Positions 57,611 through 64,000 of a DNA stretch of 64,000 nt are shown here, one piece after another. The stretch lies in the NCBI GenBank assembly GCA_026996855.1, contig JALWJZ010000069.1, positions 31,628 through 95,627 of the forward strand. Direction: 5' to 3'. Position 1 is the stretch's first letter. Each line of letters opens with the position of its first letter. The translations under genes were made by a program, and so were the position numbers. A model generated the notes under the pieces. The model was not told where the DNA came from. It was given only the letters and a program-made list of their open reading frames with translations, and did not search any database. Source of the stretch: Anaerolineales bacterium. Its GTDB lineage: Bacteria > Chloroflexota > Anaerolineae > Anaerolineales > DRMV01.

Positions 57611-58543
57611 CTACAACCGTTCCACCACGCGCAATCGGGCGCTTCGGGCCCGGGGGTTGCGCCGCACTTCCTCTTCCGAAGGCCGCATGGGAAAGGGCTT
57701 CACGATGCGCACCCTGGGTGTGCGCCCGCATTGACACACCGGCACCGAAGGCGGGCAGACGCAACCCCGGGCCTCTTCTTTGAAAACATGCTTGACGATG
57801 CGGTCCTCCAGCGAATGAAAGGCAATTACGGCCAGGCGTCCTCCGGGTTTCAAAGCCTCGATGGCCAGAGGCAGGAAGCGCTCCAGGTTCTCCAATTCCC
57901 GATTCACGGCAATGCGCAGCGCCTGAAACACCCGGGTCGCGGGATGAAAACCCGGCCGCTGGAAAGGCACCACTCGGGCCACCAGGTCGGCCAGTTCCCG
58001 GGTGGTGTGCAGGGGTCGGGCCCGCACGATGGCCCGGGCAATGCGCCGGGCGTACCGCTCTTCGCCGTACTTCCAGAAAATTTCGGCCAGGGCCTCCTCG
58101 GTCAGGGTGTTCACCAGTTGCGCTGCGGTCACCGGGGCCTCCGGGTCGAAGCGCATGTCCAAGGGACCCGCTTCCCGAAAGGAAAAGCCCCGGTCGGGCC
58201 GATCCAGTTGCAGGGAGGACACGCCCAGGTCGGCCACGATGCCGTCCACCTCCTCCCAGCCCAGGCGGGCCAGTTCGGTGGGGAGCCGGGTGTACGAAGC
58301 CCGACGCAGCACGACCCGGTCACCATAGGGGGCCAACCGCTCCCGGGCCAGGGCCAGGGCGTCGGGGTCCACATCCAGGCCCAAAAGGCGTACCCGGGGC
58401 GCGGCCTCCAGGATGGCCTGCGCGTGGCCCCCGGTGCCCACGGTGGCGTCCACGTATCGGCCCCCGTCATGCACCTGCAAGGCCCGCACCACCTCTTCCA
58501 CCATGACCGGCTGGTGAAAGGCGGCGCCCGGTAGACGGCCCAT
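57611..58543 (-). CDS. rsmH: 16S rRNA (cytosine1402-N4)-methyltransferase
   Basis: HQPVMVEEVV...YVDATVGTGGHA...DLGVSSLQLD...FHSLEDRIVK. Confidence 0.95.
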   Translation of the reverse strand: MGRLPGAAFHQPVMVEEVVRALQVHDGGRYVDATVGTGGHAQAILEAAPRVRLLGLDVDPDALALARERLAPYGDRVVLRRASYTRLPTELARLGWEEVDGIVADLGVSSLQLDRPDRGFSFREAGPLDMRFDPEAPVTAAQLVNTLTEEALAEIFWKYGEERYARRIARAIVRARPLHTTRELADLVARVVPFQRPGFHPATRVFQALRIAVNRELENLERFLPLAIEALKPGGRLAVIAFHSLEDRIVKHVFKEEARGCVCPPSVPVCQCGRTPRVRIVKPFPMRPSEEEVRRNPRARSARLRVVERL

Positions 58544-58560
58544 GGTCCCTCCCCTCCTCT

Positions 58561-59043
58561 TCACGCCGCGGGCCCGGGTGGCGCTGCGCTTTCCTCGCTC
58601 CCATCCTCGCTCAAGGCCAGGTGAAACACTGCGAAACGCTGGGCATTGGCTTCCGCGTCTTCCAGCAGGGCCTGCTGGGCCTGCCATCCCTCCGGCGACC
58701 ACAACTCGAAATAATCGCCCACACCCACCACCACCACGTCCTTTTCCAGGCCGGCGCGGCGGCGCAGGTCTTGGGGAATGCGAATGCGCCCCGCCCGGTC
58801 CACCCGGGTTTTGGCCGCGGCCGCGAACACCAAACGCCGCAATTGCCGGGCCACCGGGTCGGTGAGGCTCAACCGTTGCAACTGCCGGTACAGCACCTGG
58901 AACCGTTCCGGCGGCAACACCATGAGGTTTTCGTCCAGACCCTGTACAATGTACACATCCCCCGGCAGCAACGCCCGATAAGCCGAGGGCAGGGTCAAAC
59001 GGCCGGCATCGTCCAGCGAGTGACGAAATTCGCCCAAGAACAT
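58561..59043 (-). CDS. mraZ: transcriptional regulator MraZ
   Basis: MFLGEFRHSLDDAGRLTLPSAYR... and a second SpoVT/AbrB-like repeat VDRAGRIRIPQDLR. It is the first gene of the dcw cluster. Confidence 0.9.
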   Translation of the reverse strand: MFLGEFRHSLDDAGRLTLPSAYRALLPGDVYIVQGLDENLMVLPPERFQVLYRQLQRLSLTDPVARQLRRLVFAAAAKTRVDRAGRIRIPQDLRRRAGLEKDVVVVGVGDYFELWSPEGWQAQQALLEDAEANAQRFAVFHLALSEDGSEESAAPPGPAA

Positions 59044-59090
59044 ATGTTCGCTTCCCATCATTACGACGAAACGCCGGGATAGGCCCGGCG

Positions 59091-59125
59091 TCCCAAAATC
59101 TCCCATTTTGTCCCGTTCTGCCCCA
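59091..59125 (-). promoter_or_regulatory. candidate MraZ operator: four direct repeats at 10-bp spacing
   Basis: Plus strand has TCCCA (59091), TCCCA (59101), TCCCG (59111) and CCCCA (59121). On the mraZ strand these read TGGGG/CGGGA/TGGGA/TGGGA, with TATACT (59131..59126) immediately upstream as a possible -10. Confidence 0.55.
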
Positions 59126-59306
59126 AGTATACCCGCAAAGCGCCCACGGGGGAAGGCAAGGGGCACAAATTTAAGGTTGCGAATGTAAAATCAAAGGAGG
59201 AAACGACGGAAGTCGGAGGCAACCATCGAAACGCTCCGTTTTCCTTTGCCGCTCAATTTCGTTGTGGAAAGCAGGGCCACCCCATCTCGAAGGAAGGCCA
59301 CCTCCC

Positions 59307-59684
59307 ATGACCCACCTTCGATTGCCGGTGGACGTCGAACGGGGCATTGCCCTCGTCAACCGTGGAGAATACTTCGAAGCCCACGAGGTGCTGGAAGCAG
59401 CCTGGCGGGCCGAGCCCGGGCCGATACGGGAACTGTACCGGGGGCTGTTGCAGGCCGCGGTGGCGGCGTATCACCTGGAGCGGGGCAACTGGCGGGGGGC
59501 CTGGAAGGTCGCGGGCCGGGCCTTGCGCCACCTGGCCCCCTGGCCCGAGGTGGTGCTGGGGATCGACGTGGCGGCCCTGCGCCGGGATGTGGCGGCCTTG
59601 CGTACCCTGGCCCAAAGGGCCATGGAGGGGGAAATACCGGAAGCCGTACCAAAACTAAAGGTGGTGATGAAGAGGGAGGGCTAA
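59307..59684 (+). CDS. DUF309 domain protein
   Basis: RGIALVNRGEYFEAHEVLEAAWR...LYRGLLQAAVAAYHLERGNWRGA is the typical DUF309 helical pattern (recalled). Confidence 0.6.
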   Translation: MTHLRLPVDVERGIALVNRGEYFEAHEVLEAAWRAEPGPIRELYRGLLQAAVAAYHLERGNWRGAWKVAGRALRHLAPWPEVVLGIDVAALRRDVAALRTLAQRAMEGEIPEAVPKLKVVMKREG

Positions 59685-59715
59685 AATTAGGCATTTTTCA
59701 TGTGCTGACACATGC

Positions 59716-59789
59716 TCACACAGAGCCACGGGGACACAGAGAATAGGCTGAAGAAGGCTAAAATTTTCTTCGTGTTTGCCTCCGTGAGA
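59716..59789 (+). repeat. CAC/GTG-rich hairpin element, copy 1 (degenerate)
   Basis: Left arm TCACACAGAGCCACGGGGACACAGAGAA (59716-59743), a 22-nt loop, and a shortened right arm TTCTTCGTGTTTGCCTCCGTGAGA (59766-59789). These form two roughly 10-bp helices of 8/10 each. Confidence 0.6.
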
Positions 59790-59979
59790 AAATGCGATGG
59801 CTTTCGCCGTTTTTGAAAAACGCCCGGGCCAAAATCGTGAAAAATGTATGAAACTCCGGCGCGACCATAACGGAAATCAAAACCCTATGTTATACTGATA
59901 ATTGTATTCCAGTCTTCCAACAACATTCGAACGGTCATGCGGGGAAATCGTGTCTTCTCTTTTGGAAGGAGGCACCCCT

Positions 59980-61551
59980 ATGACGGATTCCCTCACCATC
60001 CACATCCGCACCCGCACGCCCCTGTGGACCGGGGGCATCGACGGCACCATGGACCGCATCCACGAAACGGGGCTCATCGGCTCCCTGCGCTGGTGGTACG
60101 AGGCCATCGTGCGGGGGCTGGGGGGATACGCGTGTGACCCGACGGGACATGAGTACGAATTTACGGGCGAACGCCTGCGTCGCTATGAGCGTGCCCGGCA
60201 GCAAGGCAAAGACTGGTGGGAAGCCCTGGATGAAGCCGGCATTTGCGACGCGTGCAAGGTGTTCGGGACTACGGGCTGGCGGAGAAGGTTTCGGCTGGAA
60301 GCACGTCCCCTTGAAGGCGAATTTGACATTACCGAAGGCATGTTCCTCAGCGGGCGAGTGCATCCCGACAGAAGAAATCCTTACCGGACCGGTGGGTGGC
60401 TTTTGCGCGGCGGCTATCATGGCGAGTTGGAATTGAAGTTCATTGGCGACAAAGAGGTGCTGTGGTGTGAAATTTTGCCTGTCTTGCTTTTTATGGAGAA
60501 ATGGGGCGCCCTGGGCGCGAAGACTTCGTTGGGGTATGGCGTGTTTCAAATTCTTTCCATCAATGGACACCGCAAGGAAGCAGGCCAGTGTTGGCGGGAA
60601 TTTTTGAGGGAGAGCAGGGACATTGCCCCTCTTAACCTTCAGCAATGCTCAAGCTGGGTAGGTCAATGGTGGTGGAGAGGGGGATCATCAAACGGCAACC
60701 AATATCAAGGTATATTGCCTGCACTTACCAATATGTTCTTCGCTAAAGTACGGTTTTCTCCAGATGCGTCATCGGCTTCGGGGGAATGGTGGGAACAATT
60801 GTCAGAGGTGCGGTGGCTCAGTCAAGGCCAAATTCCTGAACAAGAAGCAACGTGGACAGGCGATCCTCAACGGCAACCCCCTGGCCCCTATGGAATTTCC
60901 AATCCTTTGCCCCTCTCCCGGCTTCAGTACTGGGTGGAGTGTCATAAGATGTTTCCAATCGCACCAATCCTACGTTCGCGTTTACGTTACGGCTATAGAT
61001 TTCCCAACGTCCAGGAGTTTCACTCCATATGCAATGGTGGTGGCGAAAGTGATTGGTGTAGGTTTGTGTTTGGGACAGTGCAGGGTAAAAGCCCCGTGTG
61101 TGGTTATTGCGGTACTCCGGTGCGACCGGATAGAGAAGACCAAAATCGCTGGTGGTGCAAGACTGGAAGGGTCTCACTGGATAACCCGGAAGTTGTTCAC
61201 GATGCAAAACGCATCCAAAGTAAAATTCGCATTTCGTGGGCATACTACATAAATGAGCAAGAGAGGGAAATACGCCTTTGGGGATGGCTCCCGGAAGATC
61301 AACGGGATCAACACAGCCAACAGCGTGCCTCACTCCTGCGGAAGTTGCGAAGTGTTCTGGGTGTCAATCGTTCCAACGCACGCCAATGGCATTCGGCCCA
61401 AAACGGCGCGCTGTGGTCGGCCCTCAATCTGATGCCAGCGCAAGTGTGCTGGTTTGAGCGAGGCGATAACGATAGAGAATCTTACCTGAAAGCCCTCTTG
61501 GAGGATTGCGGACAAACTTCACACGGAGACACGGGGAACACAGAGAAATAA
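59980..61551 (+). CDS. cmr1: type III CRISPR-associated RAMP protein, Cmr1-like (two RAMP-like halves)
   Basis: TPLWTGGIDG...IHETGLIGSLRWWYEAIVRGLGG, ICDACKVFGTTGWRRRF and a G-rich loop WGALGAKTSLGYGVF. The second half has CRFVFGT and SKIRISWAY. ATG 59980 follows GGAAGGAGG. The subfamily assignment is from memory only. Confidence 0.65.
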   Translation: MTDSLTIHIRTRTPLWTGGIDGTMDRIHETGLIGSLRWWYEAIVRGLGGYACDPTGHEYEFTGERLRRYERARQQGKDWWEALDEAGICDACKVFGTTGWRRRFRLEARPLEGEFDITEGMFLSGRVHPDRRNPYRTGGWLLRGGYHGELELKFIGDKEVLWCEILPVLLFMEKWGALGAKTSLGYGVFQILSINGHRKEAGQCWREFLRESRDIAPLNLQQCSSWVGQWWWRGGSSNGNQYQGILPALTNMFFAKVRFSPDASSASGEWWEQLSEVRWLSQGQIPEQEATWTGDPQRQPPGPYGISNPLPLSRLQYWVECHKMFPIAPILRSRLRYGYRFPNVQEFHSICNGGGESDWCRFVFGTVQGKSPVCGYCGTPVRPDREDQNRWWCKTGRVSLDNPEVVHDAKRIQSKIRISWAYYINEQEREIRLWGWLPEDQRDQHSQQRASLLRKLRSVLGVNRSNARQWHSAQNGALWSALNLMPAQVCWFERGDNDRESYLKALLEDCGQTSHGDTGNTEK

Positions 61552-61587
61552 TAGAAACTTCTCTGTGCTCTCTGTGGCTCTGTGTGA
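61519..61587 (+). repeat. CAC/GTG-rich hairpin element, copy 2
   Basis: TCACACGGAGACACGGGGAACACAGAGAA (61519-61547), an 11-nt loop, then TTCTCTGTGCTCTCTGTGGCTCTGTGTGA (61559-61587). Over 29 positions there are 24 Watson-Crick pairs, 3 G:U pairs (valid only as plus-strand RNA) and 2 mismatches. The cmr1-like stop TAA (61549-61551) lies in the loop. Confidence 0.85.
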
Positions 61588-61604
61588 GTTCTGTGGAAAA
61601 GGCG

Positions 61605-62066
61605 ATGAACGAGCAAGACCTGCACCGGCTTGTTGAACACCTGCAACAAACCCTGGGCGAGCGCCTGGAAGCGGTGGTGCTCTTCGGCTCCCGGGCCCGG
61701 GGCGAGGCCCGGCCCGAAAGCGATTGGGACCTGCTCGTCGTGGTCCAGGGCCTGCCCCGAAGCCCGCTGAAGCGATGGCAATGGTTTCTTGAGCAAGCCG
61801 GCCGTCCTGAGCCGGGCGTGGATGTCTTGCTCAAAACCCCCGAAGAATGGTACACGCATCTTTCCTCCCTTACGCTGGACGTGGCGCTGGATGGGCAGAT
61901 TCTCTACGATGCCCATGGCCGTATGAGCCGCTTCCTGGAACGGGTGCGGCAAAGCCTTCAAAAGGCAGGCCTGCGCCGGGAATTCCGCCGGGGGCACTAT
62001 CTCTGGAGATCGTCTTCCCACGAGAAGCCGTGGTACGAACGTCTTCGGGAGGCCCTTGCCCTATGA
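61605..62066 (+). CDS. minimal nucleotidyltransferase (MNT)
   Basis: VVLFGSRARGEARPESDWDLLVVV carries the GS...DxD motif. ATGA overlap with the HEPN gene. Confidence 0.8.
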   Translation: MNEQDLHRLVEHLQQTLGERLEAVVLFGSRARGEARPESDWDLLVVVQGLPRSPLKRWQWFLEQAGRPEPGVDVLLKTPEEWYTHLSSLTLDVALDGQILYDAHGRMSRFLERVRQSLQKAGLRREFRRGHYLWRSSSHEKPWYERLREALAL

Positions 62067-62503
62067 GTTCGCCCGTCACATACAGGTTTCGCCTGGCCCG
62101 GGGGTTCCTGCAAGAGGCCGAACAGGACGCTTCCCTTGGCCGCTGGCGAGCGTGCGTCGCCCACGCGCAACTGGCCGTGGAAAATGCACTGAAGGCCGTC
62201 ATCGCCTTGTTTGCTCCTGTGCCACGAACCCACGCCCCCACAGATGTTCTGCGCATGATGCTGGAAGAGGGCGACATTCCCCAGACCATGCGGACTGATG
62301 TTCAGGAATTGGTGGACATCGTGCAAGGCTTGGATTTGGCCACTATCCACATCCAGACCGACTACGGCGACGAAACCCACGGCTTGACGCCCTGGGAACT
62401 CTTCTCCGAAGAAGACGCCCGCGAAGCCCTGGCCATCGCCCGGCGGGTGGTGGCGAAGGCCGCGAGGCTGACTCAAGAACAAGGAGGCGCCGATGAAGCG
62501 TGA
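62063..62503 (+). CDS. HEPN-domain protein
   Basis: FRLARGFLQEAEQDASLGRWRACVAHAQLAVENALKAVIALF is a HEPN helix pair like the 8715 gene. It is partnered with the MNT. Its last 11 nt overlap the start of the cmr6-like gene. Confidence 0.75.
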   Translation: MSSPVTYRFRLARGFLQEAEQDASLGRWRACVAHAQLAVENALKAVIALFAPVPRTHAPTDVLRMMLEEGDIPQTMRTDVQELVDIVQGLDLATIHIQTDYGDETHGLTPWELFSEEDAREALAIARRVVAKAARLTQEQGGADEA

Positions 62504-63680
62504 ATTTTGGGCAGAGTTTGATTTGTACAATGAGCCTCAGAAACGTAATCTCATCCATTACTTTGTTGGAAAATCTCAGCGTAACGGAGAGCCACCGCAG
62601 CCACCTGAGCGACAAAATGGTCAGTTATCATGGGAATTGTTAGAAAACCAGGCCGTCCGACAACATATGTTGGCCCAACTTTTGGCTTCCGAAGAGAAAT
62701 GCGCCAAGACCAAATGCAAAGATTACGCCAAGGGCAAAAACGGCCTGCAATGGTGGTATTATGCTGGGAATCTTGCGGATCCACAAGGTGAATTTCAGAA
62801 CTTTCTGCGAAACCGCGTAAGGTGGATGGCGTCTGTCCTTGGTCTTGTCTATCAGCAAACTATAGTAGTCCCCGCCCTCCCCGACCTCTCCCGCTTCCCG
62901 CCCGGCACCTGGGCCGTTCAGGTCACTTTCACCCTGCGCAAGCCCTACATCAGCAAGGACGATGTGGACTTCTACATCCTGGACAACCCTGTCAAGAAGG
63001 AATGGGTCTTCAAGGTGCCCTACGTGGCCCCCAGCCAGTGGAAGGGCGCGCTGCGGGCGGCCATGGTGCGGGAACTGGTCATGGCTTTTGGGGAAGGTGA
63101 AATAAACGAAGACGAGTTTGTCGAAAAGCGACTTCAAATGTATCGCCTTTTCGGCAATGAAAAGGATGGCACGGCTGAGTTTCTCAACCGTACCCTGGCA
63201 CGGTTCCGCGTAGGCCCACCGCCCCAAGAAAATGGTAAGGAAGCAACAAGACAATGGCGAGAACGGCTGGAACGGGAAACGAAAGTTGTTGCTGAGGAAT
63301 TTGAAAGCGCGTTGCGTGAGAATGGGTATCGCGTTGGGGATATTGAGAGTTTCCAGGGCCGCCTCCACTTCTACCCCACCTTCTTCGACCGCATCGGCCA
63401 GGAGATCATCAACCCCCACGACCGGAAGAAGGGCGCGGGGAAGCACCCCATTTACTTTGAGTGTGTGCCCCCGGAGACCAGCGGTATTTTCACCCTGCTC
63501 TATGTCCCCATCGGCGGTGGCCCAAAGGACGAGACAACCTGCAAAGCCGATCTGGAAGCAGTGGTACAAGGCATCCGCGCCATGCTCACCACATACGGCT
63601 TCGGCGCCAAGACCAGCAGCGGGTATGGTGTGGCGAAAATTGAAAATTTTCACACGGAGGCACAGAGAACACAGGGATAA
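62493..63680 (+). CDS. cmr6: type III CRISPR-associated RAMP (Cas7-fold) protein, Cmr6-like
   Basis: ILDNPVKKEWVFKVPYVAPSQWKGALRAA, MYRLFGNE, GRLHFYPTFFD...IINPH and a C-terminal G-rich loop YGFGAKTSSGYGVAKI. ATG follows AAGGAGG. The first roughly 110 aa are A/T-richer and were not recognised. Confidence 0.65.
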   Translation: MKREFWAEFDLYNEPQKRNLIHYFVGKSQRNGEPPQPPERQNGQLSWELLENQAVRQHMLAQLLASEEKCAKTKCKDYAKGKNGLQWWYYAGNLADPQGEFQNFLRNRVRWMASVLGLVYQQTIVVPALPDLSRFPPGTWAVQVTFTLRKPYISKDDVDFYILDNPVKKEWVFKVPYVAPSQWKGALRAAMVRELVMAFGEGEINEDEFVEKRLQMYRLFGNEKDGTAEFLNRTLARFRVGPPPQENGKEATRQWRERLERETKVVAEEFESALRENGYRVGDIESFQGRLHFYPTFFDRIGQEIINPHDRKKGAGKHPIYFECVPPETSGIFTLLYVPIGGGPKDETTCKADLEAVVQGIRAMLTTYGFGAKTSSGYGVAKIENFHTEAQRTQG

Positions 63681-63712
63681 AAATCCTCCGTGTCCTCTGT
63701 GCCTCTGTGTGA
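63650..63712 (+). repeat. CAC/GTG-rich hairpin element, copy 3
   Basis: TCACACGGAGGCACAGAGAACACAGGGAT (63650-63678), loop AAAA, then ATCCTCCGTGTCCTCTGTGCCTCTGTGTGA (63683-63712). The outer 23 positions give 21 WC, 1 G:U and 1 mismatch. The stem is extended by AUUUU/AAAAU. The cmr6-like stop TAA (63678-63680) sits at the apex. Confidence 0.85.
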
Positions 63713-63734
63713 AAATCCCTTGGAGACATAGGTT

Positions 63735-64000
63735 ATGCACGAGAATCAAATTGGCACAATCATTGTGCAAACGGCTATAGAACTGCACAAAGACCTTGGG
63801 CCAGGACTGTTAGAGAGCGTGTATGAAGTGCTGCTGGCCCATCGTCTGCGGCAGAAAGGCCTACGGGTGGAACGCCAGGTTCCAATAGCCATTGAAGTCG
63901 ATGGCTACCGGTTTGAAGAAGCCTTTCGCGCGGACCTGATTGTGGAAGGCAAGGTGATCGTGGAGTTGAAGTCTGTCGAGCAAGTGCACCCCGCGCACAA
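63735..64000 (+). CDS. GxxExxY protein (PD-(D/E)XK-like small protein), truncated by the window end
   Basis: MHENQIGTIIVQTAIELHKDLGPGLLESVYEVLLAHRLRQKGLRVERQVPIAIEVDGYRFEEAFRADLIVEGKVIVELKSVEQ contains the eponymous G..E..Y and a D...ELK motif. Not in the ORF track because no stop falls within the window. Confidence 0.8.
   Translation, partial: MHENQIGTIIVQTAIELHKDLGPGLLESVYEVLLAHRLRQKGLRVERQVPIAIEVDGYRFEEAFRADLIVEGKVIVELKSVEQVHPAH

Noticed and set aside
59797-59898. 33-codon ORF (MAFAVFEKRPGQNREKCMKLRRDHNGNQNPMLY) right after hairpin copy 1.
   Set aside because: No RBS, no recognisable family and a short length. It may be a remnant of a lost cassette gene, but it is not supportable as a feature.
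59716-63712. The three similar hairpin repeats considered as a CRISPR array.
   Set aside because: The copies are 1.8-2.1 kb apart and separated by full-length protein genes, not 30-40-bp spacers. The arms are imperfect and the units are self-complementary over about 30 bp. No tandem short-period repeat array is present anywhere in the window.
59716-63712. The hairpins considered as integron attC sites, with a cassette array of small genes.
   Set aside because: I saw no GTTRRRY/RYYYAAC core sites at the arm ends and no intI-type integrase or attI in the window. The bounded units include large RAMP genes. The analogy is kept only as a loose idea in the hairpin finding.

Overview
High-GC bacterial chromosome segment. 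GC was judged by eye, not computed. It is mostly core genes, packed tightly with many ATGA start/stop overlaps. Several traits suggest a thermophilic Chloroflexota-like organism, but this is inference only: a T-box leader, a Thermus-like ba3 oxidase, and small four-helix-bundle, GxxExxY, HEPN and MNT genes. Left to right: the leuS 5' end behind a T-box leader; initiator tRNA-Met; nusA-ylxR-infB; a HEPN/MNT pair fused onto an era operon; and ccdA/resA-type thiol-redox genes. Next comes a minus-strand ba3 cytochrome oxidase operon (Rrf2 regulator, Sco, PCuAC, cbaD, cbaB, cbaA). This is followed by tsaE-tsaB-rimI-udg, a hexapeptide-repeat protein coupled to an acyl-ACP-reductase-like dehydrogenase, a two-component block, rbfA-nrnA-truB-ribF, and a double-length thyX. 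A complete minus-strand dcw cluster (mraZ to ftsZ) spans 41-59 kb. The only clearly accessory region is the right end (59.7-64 kb). There a type III CRISPR-Cas-like locus begins with a Cmr1-like and a Cmr6-like RAMP gene. An MNT-HEPN pair sits between them and is translationally coupled to the Cmr6-like gene, and a GxxExxY gene follows. The blocks are separated by a family of roughly 30-bp CAC/GTG-rich hairpins that also supply the last codons and stop codons of both RAMP ORFs. A related motif ends the four-helix-bundle gene inserted between the T-box and leuS. No cas10, cas6, CRISPR array, rRNA, transposase or integrase is visible; the rest of the locus, if any, lies beyond 64000. Many long R/G/P-rich ORFs in the track are antisense or out-of-frame artefacts of the high GC.
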